A stretch of DNA of 64,000 nt from an uncultured Alphaproteobacteria bacterium (GCA_949297145.1 CASFQO010000013.1:82768-146767); one strand, 5' to 3'. Numbered from the stretch's first letter, positions 29,406 through 38,035 are shown. Notes: generated from the letters alone by a model not told the origin. Program-made: numbers and translations.

Positions 29406-29705
29406 TTAGTTAAAAAGCTTGAAAGACAGCAAGGCGATGGCAGCTTCCGTGAGATTGGCAGCTTCGAGTGCTGATGCGCTGCCGAGATTGCCATCTTCAT
29501 CGCTGAGTTCGGCGAAAAAGCAGCTGGTGCCGCCGCCGAATACCGGCTTGGGCGCGACGGTCAGGCAGCCGATGCGTTTTTTGGACGTATTAACGGTAAC
29601 CGCAACGTCATAGCGGGCGGTGGTGCAGCCAAATTCTTCGGCAGTGCCTGCCGGAACCAGCCGGATGGCAACGGGGATTTGGATTTCAATATCGTTTGGG
29701 GGCAT
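29406..29705 (-). CDS. Hypothetical protein
   Basis: 99-aa ORF with AAGGAAA RBS. Confidence 0.55.
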   Translation of the reverse strand: MPPNDIEIQIPVAIRLVPAGTAEEFGCTTARYDVAVTVNTSKKRIGCLTVAPKPVFGGGTSCFFAELSDEDGNLGSASALEAANLTEAAIALLSFKLFN

Positions 29706-29729
29706 TTTATTTTCCTTTACAAAAGCGGG

Positions 29730-29945
29730 TTAGATTTTAGCGGAGTTAACCAAGTCGGACAGAACCTGCAACGGCTCTTCAATTTCCATCAGGCATCCGC
29801 CGATATAGTTAGCCTGGCGTTCGGCGTCTTCCGGAAAAGCATTTTGAACGGCTGATTCGACACGGCGATTAATTTTCTTGAGTAAAACTCGGGCTGTTGC
29901 CAGCTTTGCCTGAATGACGGCTAAACGTTGTTCTGAAGTAAGCAT
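29730..29945 (-). CDS. Small helical hypothetical protein (paralog of 29996..30229)
   Basis: MLTSEQRLAVIQAKLATARVLLKKI vs MLTEKDKLTVMQSNLAAIEMLAQKV; both have a central PED acidic patch. Confidence 0.55.
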   Translation of the reverse strand: MLTSEQRLAVIQAKLATARVLLKKINRRVESAVQNAFPEDAERQANYIGGCLMEIEEPLQVLSDLVNSAKI

Positions 29946-29995
29946 TTTATTCTCCCGGCAGGTTCCGGGGCCAAAGCCCCGGAAAAGATTGACAA

Positions 29996-30229
29996 TTATT
30001 TGAGTTTGTAGATGGCGTCGGTTGCCTGAGCCAGACTGTTGAGGTTGGCAGCCAAATCGGACAGATTGCCAAGCCCGCCAACAAGGTGGGTATAACGACG
30101 GCTGTCATCATAGTCTTCCGGAGCAGGTTCTGCCGCATGGCGAACCTGTTCAATGACCTTTTGAGCAAGCATCTCAATGGCAGCGAGGTTGGATTGCATA
30201 ACGGTTAATTTATCTTTTTCAGTTAACAT
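29996..30229 (-). CDS. Small helical hypothetical protein
   Basis: First gene behind cassette B. Confidence 0.55.
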   Translation of the reverse strand: MLTEKDKLTVMQSNLAAIEMLAQKVIEQVRHAAEPAPEDYDDSRRYTHLVGGLGNLSDLAANLNSLAQATDAIYKLK

Positions 30230-30330
30230 TTTGATTTTCCTTTCTTAAATTCCGGTGCGACACCGCGTCGCCCCCTGTGCTTGTTGTTTTTGCTTAATGT
30301 TTCGGTATTGTCCAGTCTTTATTTGTAATT
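30230..30330 (-). promoter_or_regulatory. Early promoter/5'UTR cassette B (class TTAAGCAA)
   Basis: Core 30290..30315; leader hairpin GCGAC-GCGGT-GTCGC. Confidence 0.5.
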
Positions 30331-30349
30331 AACGCATTGTTTTTGCTTT

Positions 30350-30381
30350 ATTTTTAAAATACAGGGCGACAGAATCGCCCT
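30350..30381 (-). terminator. Terminator of 30388..30738
   Basis: AGGGCGA pairs with TCGCCCT, followed by a T-rich tract on the minus strand. Confidence 0.55.
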
Positions 30382-30387
30382 TAAAGA

Positions 30388-30738
30388 TTAAATTTTATCC
30401 AGCAAACCGATATAACGCGCATAATCGTAACCTTCCGGATCAATCAGCAGGGTCGGCTTGCCATGGCAACAAAAAGCAATGACAGATAGCACAGGCTTCC
30501 CCTGATATTGGGTACAACCACCCTTACCGCAAAATTCTGGACGGCTTTTCAGACAAGAATTGCCGAAGTCACTGTATTCAGCAGCGGTCAGTTCCCAGAC
30601 TTCAGTTATGAGAACGGCTGTGCGATTTAGGATGTGGCAACTAAATTCTTCAACTTCCCGCAGAGAGCTTGGCTTGCGGACAAGACGGGTGTGGATCAGC
30701 GTATTAATCAGCGGACGCCGAGAGGTTTTGATTTCCAT
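30388..30738 (-). CDS. Cys-rich hypothetical protein
   Basis: 116-aa ORF; CGKGGCTQYQGKP...AFCCHGKP. Confidence 0.55.
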   Translation of the reverse strand: MEIKTSRRPLINTLIHTRLVRKPSSLREVEEFSCHILNRTAVLITEVWELTAAEYSDFGNSCLKSRPEFCGKGGCTQYQGKPVLSVIAFCCHGKPTLLIDPEGYDYARYIGLLDKI

Positions 30739-30802
30739 AATTTTATTCCTTTACAAAAAGCGATGGAGCAGCTCCGGCGGCAAAACACTGGAGCCGCAGC
30801 GA

Positions 30803-31060
30803 TTATTTTTCCAGATTCAGAATGCTGAGGTCATAGCCCATTTCTTTAAGGACAAGAAGTTTTTCCTTAAGCGGTGGTTCTTTTTCCAGCCAACACATAG
30901 CGTCACTTTCGGAAGTATAGCCTTTCCAAAGAGGTTCAATCAGCTTCAATTTGACCAGAACATCGGCAAGATAAGGCTCATCATCGCAAATAGAGGTAGC
31001 CTCATGCCACAGTACTTCGTCAATCAGAGATTTGAGAGTAACTTTTGAATTTTCAGTCAT
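30803..31060 (-). CDS. Small hypothetical protein (paralog of 28071..28280)
   Basis: See 28071..28280. Confidence 0.6.
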   Translation of the reverse strand: MTENSKVTLKSLIDEVLWHEATSICDDEPYLADVLVKLKLIEPLWKGYTSESDAMCWLEKEPPLKEKLLVLKEMGYDLSILNLEK

Positions 31061-31165
31061 TTTAGTTTTCCTTTCTTAAACTCGGGAGCGACACCGCGTC
31101 GCCCGCCGGATGTGTTTGTTTTTGCTTAATGTTTCAGATTAGTCCAGTCTTTATTTACAGTTAAC
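31061..31165 (-). promoter_or_regulatory. Early promoter/5'UTR cassette C (class TTAAGCAA)
   Basis: Core 31122..31147; about 90% identical to cassette B over ~110 nt. Confidence 0.5.
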
Positions 31166-31266
31166 GCATTGTTTTTGCTTGTTTTATTTTACAAAACATT
31201 TATGAAAACGAATTTTGCAGACAACAGACGGCTTTTCGGGGCGGCTGAAAAGAAAATTTTGTTTCG

Positions 31267-31282
31267 GCGTATTATTGTACGC
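31267..31282. promoter_or_regulatory. Operator-like palindrome GCGTA-TTATTG-TACGC (second copy)
   Basis: Same core as 27937..27954; lies just downstream of the XRE gene stop. Confidence 0.35.
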
Positions 31283-31319
31283 TTGTTTGTCCGTACGCCC
31301 CGTTTACGCAGCAAAGCGG

Positions 31320-31727
31320 CTATCTGGTTTCGGCCAAGGCGGCAGTGGTTTGCTTGAGCAAAGCCGGAGAACGGTAGGTTTCAAGCAGTTTGAAAACAAT
31401 CTGCCGCCCTTCAACGCTGCAGGAACGCAGCAGGCGCAGAAAATCAAGCTCTTCATCGGTCAACGGTGTGGCGCTGGAATTATCGTAATTGCCAAAGAAC
31501 CACGTTACTGGGCAGGAATATTCAACGGCAAGCTGATGGAGCCGGCCGGCAGATATTCGGTTTTGTGCTTTCTCATACTTTTGAAGTTGCTGAAACGTGA
31601 GTCCGAGGGCAGCGGCAACATCCATTTGCGAGCGTCCATGCAGATTACGCATTTTGCGGAGACGATTGCCGACGATGACATCAACTTCAAGACGGCGACG
31701 GGAAGTTTTAGTCTGAGTATTGGTCAT
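31320..31727 (-). CDS. XRE-family HTH transcriptional regulator
   Basis: VGNRLRKMRNLHGRSQMDVAAALGLTFQQLQKYEKAQNRISAGRL; ATGA overlap with the recombinase stop. Confidence 0.75.
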   Translation of the reverse strand: MTNTQTKTSRRRLEVDVIVGNRLRKMRNLHGRSQMDVAAALGLTFQQLQKYEKAQNRISAGRLHQLAVEYSCPVTWFFGNYDNSSATPLTDEELDFLRLLRSCSVEGRQIVFKLLETYRSPALLKQTTAALAETR

Positions 31728-33463
31728 GATATTTTCCTTTCCTTAAACCCATAGAGTTTGCGCTGGTCGTTCCAGAGCAGCGGTATGGGATGTTGTTTCA
31801 TAAAACGGTAGGTTAAAAATTCCGGAGCTTGTCCGGCCAAAACAGCCTCAATGATCTCTGGATCTATCAGGCTGATACGGAGTGCGAAGCGAATATCGCG
31901 TTCGTTGATTTTTTCGGAAGAATAGATTTCCTGCAGTGTCCAGCCCGATGCCAGTTTCTTTTGCCATTCATAAGCTTTGGCAAAATGGCGTGCCAAAGTC
32001 AGCGAGCCGTTAAAACGATTTTCCTGCGGCGCGGTGGATGGAACGATGATCTTGGCTCCGTTAGGCAGCCGCTTTCCTACATAACTGACACTGATTTGGA
32101 ATGTGTCGCCTTCATGATATTGAATACCGGCGATTTTGTTGTTTTCCATCAATTCAGCAAAGACGTTGCTTAATCCAGATTTTTTCACATCAATGGTAAT
32201 ACGGTCTTTATAAACCGTTATACGGGAAACAAGTTCCTGCAAAATGCGATTTTTTTCAGTCTCAAATAAACGGTCCCAAACGTTGTCCAGATTACAAAAC
32301 AGAGAATGAACCGTAGAAACTTCAATTTCCCGCTGGGTTGAAATATATTTGATAAAGAATTCGCGGGTTTTGAGGATTGACAGAACCTGCTCCATGACAA
32401 CACGTTCAATTTCGGATGCGCGAATCTGGTTAATCGGGCATTTGTCATCAAGTTTCCGCGCCCGACGGTAACAGCGATAATAGCGGTAACGGATATCGCC
32501 TTTATTGCAAAAACTCGGCGTCATGGCGGAACCGCAGCACCCGCAATAAATAAGTCCGGTTAAGAACGCCTGTTCGCTGACGCGATTTTCGGTCTTAACC
32601 CTTCTGGCCGGACGCTGAACAGCATGAGATTGAAAGATTGCCTGAACGACATCAAATGTCTGCGCCTCAATAATCGCTTCATGCTGCCCCGGATACAGTT
32701 TGTCTTTATGAGAAACCAGCCCTTTATATAACGGGTTTTGCAAAATGCGCTGAATGGAAGCCGTGGAAAACTTCCTCCCGCCGGAAACCCGCCCTTGTCT
32801 GGACGTGTGGCATTTGGTGCGATAACCGGCATTGTTAGCCGCATCCGTTGTATCGGCAAGAGAATGGGTAATAGTAAACGTTTGAAAAATGGAGCGAATG
32901 ATGGCAGCTTCTGTCTCGTTGATGACCAGACAACGGTTGCCAATGTTATACCCCAAGGGCGGAACGCCCCCCATCCACATTCCTTTGGCTTTTGAATTGG
33001 CAACTTTGTCACGGATGCGATCTCCGGCATTTTCCCGTTCAAACTGGGCAAAGACCAAAAACATATTGACCATTAAGCGCCCAATTGCGGTGGTCGTATT
33101 GTAATATTGATTTTCCCGCACCGACATGAATTCTACATGATATTTCTCAAATATATCAAGCAGCTTGAAAAAATCCCTGATTTCACGTGTCAGGCGGTCT
33201 ATCCGATAAATAATAACCCGGTTAACCAAACCATTGCGAATATCTTCCAACAGGCGCTGGATGGCAGGCCGGTTCAAAGTGCCGCCGGAATAGCCGCCAT
33301 CATCATAGCGGGTCGGAACTATATGCAGACACGGATCATTTTGGGAAACAAGGTAATTGTGACAAAACTCGTATTGGTTATCAAGCGAGTTAAAATCCTG
33401 ATCCAGACCTTCTTCGGTGGACTTTCGGGTATAGATGGCGCAATTTATTATTGAATCGGACAT
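31724..33463 (-). CDS. Large serine recombinase (integrase)
   Basis: Resolvase N-domain CAIYTRKSTEEG...IYRIDRLTRE, recombinase domain, Cys-rich zinc ribbon (CGCCGSAM...YYRCY...DDKC), coiled-coil tail; 579 aa. Confidence 0.9.
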   Translation of the reverse strand: MSDSIINCAIYTRKSTEEGLDQDFNSLDNQYEFCHNYLVSQNDPCLHIVPTRYDDGGYSGGTLNRPAIQRLLEDIRNGLVNRVIIYRIDRLTREIRDFFKLLDIFEKYHVEFMSVRENQYYNTTTAIGRLMVNMFLVFAQFERENAGDRIRDKVANSKAKGMWMGGVPPLGYNIGNRCLVINETEAAIIRSIFQTFTITHSLADTTDAANNAGYRTKCHTSRQGRVSGGRKFSTASIQRILQNPLYKGLVSHKDKLYPGQHEAIIEAQTFDVVQAIFQSHAVQRPARRVKTENRVSEQAFLTGLIYCGCCGSAMTPSFCNKGDIRYRYYRCYRRARKLDDKCPINQIRASEIERVVMEQVLSILKTREFFIKYISTQREIEVSTVHSLFCNLDNVWDRLFETEKNRILQELVSRITVYKDRITIDVKKSGLSNVFAELMENNKIAGIQYHEGDTFQISVSYVGKRLPNGAKIIVPSTAPQENRFNGSLTLARHFAKAYEWQKKLASGWTLQEIYSSEKINERDIRFALRISLIDPEIIEAVLAGQAPEFLTYRFMKQHPIPLLWNDQRKLYGFKERKIS

Positions 33464-33789
33464 GGAATTGTCTCCTTTACAACCAAAATGCGGGTTTGGT
33501 GGGCTGCAAAAAAATCAATTATTTTGACAAGCTGCCATGAACGGCGGCTTAATAAAGAAATATCTTCGACAATTACGCCGTGAATATGGCCTGAACGAAT
33601 ATCGTCAAAAAGATTTTCCATACCGTTGACGGCTCCACCGTCCGAAACTTTCAACGTATCGGAATACTGCGGCAAAAACGAACCGAGATGGAAGCGTCCG
33701 GCAAAGTCCCGACAATGGCTGTATTGTATCTGGTCGGCTTTGCAGTCTATATCACCCGGATGACTGCGGGTATAAATGGCATAACGCAT
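33448..33789 (-). CDS. Stand-alone resolvase-N-domain-like protein, atypical active-site context
   Basis: MRYAIYTRSHPGD... and VEDISLLSRRSW mimic the YxRxS and SRLSR blocks; 113 aa with no DNA-binding domain; TAATG junction upstream, 16-nt overlap downstream. Confidence 0.55.
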   Translation of the reverse strand: MRYAIYTRSHPGDIDCKADQIQYSHCRDFAGRFHLGSFLPQYSDTLKVSDGGAVNGMENLFDDIRSGHIHGVIVEDISLLSRRSWQLVKIIDFFAAHQTRILVVKETIPCPIQ

Positions 33790-34220
33790 TATTCTGTCTC
33801 CGAAAGTTTGAAAAAACGTTTGGCATTCCAATTGGTTCCTCCGGTAATTGTCCGGGCAATTTGGGCAAGTGACGGGTAATGAATTTCATTCATGACAAAA
33901 TCACTGTCTGTGACCCGTATTTTATAAGTCTGGCCGTGATATTCCTTGATAATGATGGTTCCGGCCGGCAGGGTCAGTTTGGTTTTTGGACGCGCATAAT
34001 CCGGCACTTTTCCTTTATTGATATCTTCCATCATACGGATGGCTTTGGAACTCAGCCCACCGAAAGCTAAAGCCTGAATCTGATAGGCAATCTTCGGAAT
34101 CAAATGCCGACGGCTGGCTGTGGCAGGCGGTTTTTCGTTGAACAGTTCCTGGTATTTTTTACGAAGTTCGGGCATTTTCATTTTATTAACGGAAATCACC
34201 TCTTGTAATACGCTATTCAT
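33789..34220 (-). CDS. DUF2924 domain protein
   Basis: ELRKKYQELFNEKPPATASRRHLIPKIAYQIQALAFGGLS ... YHGQTYKIRV ... YPSLAQIARTITGGTNWNAKRFF; AAGGAG RBS before ATG 34220. Confidence 0.7.
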   Translation of the reverse strand: MNSVLQEVISVNKMKMPELRKKYQELFNEKPPATASRRHLIPKIAYQIQALAFGGLSSKAIRMMEDINKGKVPDYARPKTKLTLPAGTIIIKEYHGQTYKIRVTDSDFVMNEIHYPSLAQIARTITGGTNWNAKRFFKLSETE

Positions 34221-34398
34221 TATTTGCTCCTTTAAGGTTGTTAAAATCAAAGGTAGTTGTGCTTACATTTGAAATTAGTTCCAGTCCTTTCTGCGGGCTT
34301 TTCCCTTGTTTTCTGACTAAATAGCGATGGAAAGCCAATGTGAGCAAATTAGTGACAACTTTGAGGTTATCCGGCAGTTCTTCCGTGTTTGAATTCAT
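34213..34398 (-). CDS. Possible small leader ORF of the recombinase operon
   Basis: 61-aa ORF overlapping the DUF2924 start by 8 nt; weak GGAG RBS. Confidence 0.3.
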   Translation of the reverse strand: MNSNTEELPDNLKVVTNLLTLAFHRYLVRKQGKSPQKGLELISNVSTTTFDFNNLKGANNE

Positions 34399-34519
34399 GA
34401 CAGCAATCTCCGTTGGTTAAACTTTATTTTGATGGCTCAACGGTTGCACAAACAAAAAAATTTGTCGCGTGGGGAACTGCGGGGAGTGGGGAATATTATT
34501 TAACTCTTTGATTTTATTT

Positions 34520-34613
34520 GTCTTTTATGCTGGACTTATAGGTTTGTTTCCGGCTTTGTATGTTTACAGGCAGCGATGGTTCCGCCTGAAACAAACAAAG
34601 AAAGGAAATAAAA
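34520..34613 (+). promoter_or_regulatory. Early promoter/5'UTR cassette E (class TTCCGGCT)
   Basis: Core 34530..34555; leader hairpin CAGGC...GCCTG. Confidence 0.5.
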
Positions 34614-34823
34614 ATGAGTAATGAAGTAAAATACCCGGAAATTACGGTAGAATTGATTGGACAGAACGGAAACATCTTTAATCTGATTGGAATCTGCACA
34701 AAAGCCATGCGACGGGCGAAAGTTAGTATGGAAGAATGTAATCGTTTTGTTGATGAAGTTACGAGCGCAAAAAATTATAACGAAGCTCTGGCGGTTATCA
34801 TGCGCTGGGTAGACGTAGAATAA
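34614..34823 (+). CDS. Small hypothetical protein
   Basis: 69-aa ORF behind cassette E. Confidence 0.6.
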   Translation: MSNEVKYPEITVELIGQNGNIFNLIGICTKAMRRAKVSMEECNRFVDEVTSAKNYNEALAVIMRWVDVE

Positions 34824-34894
34824 AGAAATGAAGCACGGAAACAAAAACTTCCGGTGCTTTTTTGGGAAAATGGCAACAGTTCTTCGGCAATTTA

Positions 34895-34978
34895 TCTTTT
34901 ATGCTTGACTTATAAAAATGTTTCCGGCTTTGTGTGTTTGCAACCCCAATAAAGCATAATATACAAAGGAGAAAAAAC
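34895..34978 (+). promoter_or_regulatory. Early promoter/5'UTR cassette F (class TTCCGGCT; CTTGAC variant)
   Basis: Core 34904..34929. Confidence 0.5.
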
Positions 34979-35575
34979 ATGAATATTAAACTGACACCCG
35001 CACAGGAAAAACTCATTAATGCATTAAAAGCCAATCAGGACAGTGATGTCTATGAACACTTAGCTCATATACGTAACCGGCAGATAAGCGACAACTTGGT
35101 TAATACAATGCTTCATCTTAACTTGTTGCAAAAAGACTCTGAAACCGGCAAGATCAACCTGAATTATGAAAATCCCGTCATAAAAGGCAACATGACGATG
35201 GAAAGCAGTATTGCCGCAACTTCCGACAGGATGACTGACAACCAAACCGGCGATGGCAGCGAAATAATTGCAGAATCTGGTAAAGCTGAGGAAAACTCCG
35301 CCGAAGAAACCGAAATTGCCGTCCCAGACAGCAAAACGGAAATGGTGCCTCCAACCCGGAATAAAAAAGCAGTTATCATGGAAATGCTGGCCCGCAGAGC
35401 ATCGCTGAGCGAAATGATGGAAGCGACCGGCTGGCTGGAAAAATCTGTCCGCGGCGTTATCAGCCAACTGAAAAAAGAGAAAAAACTGGTAATTATCAGA
35501 GAAAAAGACGAGCTCAAACAAAATTACTACTCCATTAAAAATCTGAATGCCGAGGCTCTGCGAGCGGCGGAATAA
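34979..35575 (+). CDS. DUF3489 domain protein
   Basis: C-terminus KKAVIMEMLARRASLSEMMEATGWLEKSVRGVISQLKKEKKLVI matches the DUF3489 winged-helix pattern; AAGGAG RBS before ATG 34979. Confidence 0.65.
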   Translation: MNIKLTPAQEKLINALKANQDSDVYEHLAHIRNRQISDNLVNTMLHLNLLQKDSETGKINLNYENPVIKGNMTMESSIAATSDRMTDNQTGDGSEIIAESGKAEENSAEETEIAVPDSKTEMVPPTRNKKAVIMEMLARRASLSEMMEATGWLEKSVRGVISQLKKEKKLVIIREKDELKQNYYSIKNLNAEALRAAE

Positions 35576-35733
35576 AGAAAACCAAGCAGGCCTTTTATAT
35601 AAAACATAAGAAGCCTGTTTGTTTTTTGGAAAAAAAATTCAAATTTTACTTGAAAAATTTACACAACACACTTAAAATGGACATCAAGAATTTAATATCT
35701 ACTCAAAGTTGTGCAACAAGTTAAAGGTTTAAA

Positions 35734-36456
35734 ATGCAATTACCACTAAAAGAATACTTTAGCTTACAGGAAATCTGCAGTTTTTGGTCTGTCACAAATG
35801 ATGATTTACTATATTATGCTGAAAATAACTTGCTGGAAATTTGTGTCAGAACCACCGCAATTATAGCGGAATTAGAGCAAATAAACTCTGAAAATATAAG
35901 TTGGGGAGATTTTGAGGGGAAAAGCTTGTGCTTTTCCCCTCAATCTTTAATGTTAACAGACATATACCGAATTATAAAAGCCGGAGGAAATCCGGTATTG
36001 GTTTTTCAGACTAAAAACAGCGGAATGGATAAACTGTCTGAGCTGATCCGAAATAAAGGGATATCACTCTCAACGTTGGATTTGATTATTACCCGCAAGG
36101 AAAAAATCCGTTTTGAACAATTTAACGGAATAGACGACAAGCAATTGCAGTATCAAAGTTTTTCTTATTCCCCGGACTTTCGTGAAGTTTGGCACTACGG
36201 AAAACGGCATTTATTCGGACCGGTACAGGCTAAAATTATTTCGCAGCTTTATAGTGCCAGCAAAACAGACAAACCTTGGGTGCATGCTAAAACGCTGCTT
36301 TCTCGCTCAGGATCCGTCAGTACACGAGTTTCTGCGGTTTTCCATGGAAACCGGTCATGGAATGAGATTACTTATTCTGATCATAAAGGGTATTATCGTT
36401 TAAAAATTCCGATAAACGAACATCTATATCCAACCCAAATGTTGTTGAAATTTTAG
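35734..36456 (+). CDS. Hypothetical protein with N-terminal MerR/excisionase-like HTH (paralog 1)
   Basis: YFSLQEICSFWSVTNDDLLYYAENNLLE; C-terminus aligns with 36721..37425; low G+C. Confidence 0.55.
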   Translation: MQLPLKEYFSLQEICSFWSVTNDDLLYYAENNLLEICVRTTAIIAELEQINSENISWGDFEGKSLCFSPQSLMLTDIYRIIKAGGNPVLVFQTKNSGMDKLSELIRNKGISLSTLDLIITRKEKIRFEQFNGIDDKQLQYQSFSYSPDFREVWHYGKRHLFGPVQAKIISQLYSASKTDKPWVHAKTLLSRSGSVSTRVSAVFHGNRSWNEITYSDHKGYYRLKIPINEHLYPTQMLLKF

Positions 36457-36471
36457 CCAAATAACTGATAG

Positions 36472-36495
36472 CCCGGATTTTCCGGGTTATTTTAT
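36472..36495 (+). terminator. Rho-independent terminator
   Basis: CCCGGA-TTT-TCCGGG, followed by a T-rich tail. Confidence 0.55.
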
Positions 36496-36720
36496 ATTTA
36501 AAATCAAATGATATTAAAAGAGATGCTATATAAGATGTTTCCTAACCGATTCCTTACTTTCGCCATGAAAAAAATAGATTTTGAGTCAAAATATTTAATA
36601 TTTTATATAAAAAATTAAAATTCTCCATACCTGTCCCTGAAGTAAAGATTTGTTTGCACATACCGACAAACACAATTTTTTATGTTAAAGATTTCTACGT
36701 TAACGGAGGTATAGACAGAT

Positions 36721-37425
36721 ATGCTTAATAAAAAATATTTTTCGGTAACCGAATTGCTAGAACGCTGGGATACAAACTTATATGATATTCTCTATTTAGC
36801 AGAAAACAAGGTTCTTGACTTAAGAATAAGAGCATTCGGGATTTGCGGAACTTTTTGCCAATTGCAAAAGAACGGCGAACTTTCCTATGAGCTTCCTTTA
36901 AAACGCTGCGAAATGAACGGAATATTTCCAATATCGCTGAAATCTGCCCGACAAATTATTCTTAACCGTGCAGTCGAACTGAATACATTGTTGCCGACGC
37001 AAAAAGATTGCGATTACATTAAACTCGGAGAATGCTTAAAAATCGGACTTGAAGATTTGGTTGTATTAGAAAAAGATAAGGAGCGGATTGAAAAGGATTT
37101 TGGCTTTTTAGACAGTATTTGCAAAGTTAAAAATATCTCGCCAGCAGATAATATTGATGATTTCTTTATTGAAGAATTGCCGAACGGCCATACAAGGTTC
37201 AGCTATCATGGTAAAACCTACACGTATGGCAGGGTTCAGTCATCTATCATCAGGCAGCTCTATGATGCGGCTAAAGACGGACGAGTTTGGGTGTATGGTA
37301 AAACGTTACTGAAAAATGCAGGTTCGTCAAGCTTTCGGCTTGGCGATATTTTTAAGCCGCACCGAGAGTGGATGGAGATAGTAAAAGGCAATAATCAGGG
37401 GTTATACCGGCTTTATTTGGAATAA
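36721..37425 (+). CDS. Hypothetical protein with N-terminal MerR/excisionase-like HTH (paralog 2)
   Basis: YFSVTELLERWDTNLYDILYLAENKVLD; YGRVQSSIIRQLYDAAKDGRVWVYGKTLL vs FGPVQAKIISQLYSASKTDKPWVHAKTLL. Confidence 0.55.
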   Translation: MLNKKYFSVTELLERWDTNLYDILYLAENKVLDLRIRAFGICGTFCQLQKNGELSYELPLKRCEMNGIFPISLKSARQIILNRAVELNTLLPTQKDCDYIKLGECLKIGLEDLVVLEKDKERIEKDFGFLDSICKVKNISPADNIDDFFIEELPNGHTRFSYHGKTYTYGRVQSSIIRQLYDAAKDGRVWVYGKTLLKNAGSSSFRLGDIFKPHREWMEIVKGNNQGLYRLYLE

Positions 37426-37552
37426 GAGAAAAATCATTGTGTGTTCTGTTTGGGAACAGCTCCCCTTTGCTTCCCGCTGCTCCCTGCATCGTGTTTTCAG
37501 CCGGGACTGCCACAATAACCTCCGTAATCTTAAACTACCTGTGGAGGTTATT

Positions 37553-38035
37553 ATGCAACCGACTAACATTATTTATGAAATATCATCAAAACCTATCGAC
37601 GAGCTGGCTGAACTACCCGCAGCCGAACTGGCAGAGATGCAAAAGGAAGTAGAGACCCTGATTGTGCTGGCAGACAATGTGCGCAAATGGCTGAACGGAG
37701 CTTTGCAGCTGAAATATCGTGACCGGCTCGATGCCAGACGGCGGGAACTTGGTCGCACGTTCGGCGAAATCCGTTTGCAGGAAGACGGGATGGAAATTAC
37801 GGAAGACCGACCGCTGGTGCTGGAATGGCAAAAGGACAGGCTTAAGGAATACGCCAAACGCATTGCAGCCAATGGCGGTAATCCGGAAGACTACATGGAT
37901 ATTGACTATACAATTTCAGAGAAAAAGTACTGTTCGCTCAGCGATGAAGCCCGTAAAAGCCTGAACGCTGCCGGAAACATCCACCCTGGATGTGCGGTCA
38001 TAACTCTGACCAAAAGGGAAACTGCCGATGACTAA
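37553..38035 (+). CDS. Hypothetical phage protein (coiled-coil N-terminus)
   Basis: GGAGG RBS before ATG 37553; the upstream ORF extension lacks coding character. Confidence 0.6.
   Translation: MQPTNIIYEISSKPIDELAELPAAELAEMQKEVETLIVLADNVRKWLNGALQLKYRDRLDARRRELGRTFGEIRLQEDGMEITEDRPLVLEWQKDRLKEYAKRIAANGGNPEDYMDIDYTISEKKYCSLSDEARKSLNAAGNIHPGCAVITLTKRETADD

Noticed and set aside
29084-29500. 138-aa minus-strand ORF
   Set aside because: It is an alternative frame crossing the 29370..29399 terminator and overlapping two better-formed ORFs that have RBSs.
31215-31754. 179-aa plus-strand ORF
   Set aside because: It is antisense to the XRE HTH gene, whose motif is unambiguous.
35060-35521. Two long minus-strand ORFs (153 and 117 aa)
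   Set aside because: They are antisense shadows of the DUF3489 gene and have no RBS.
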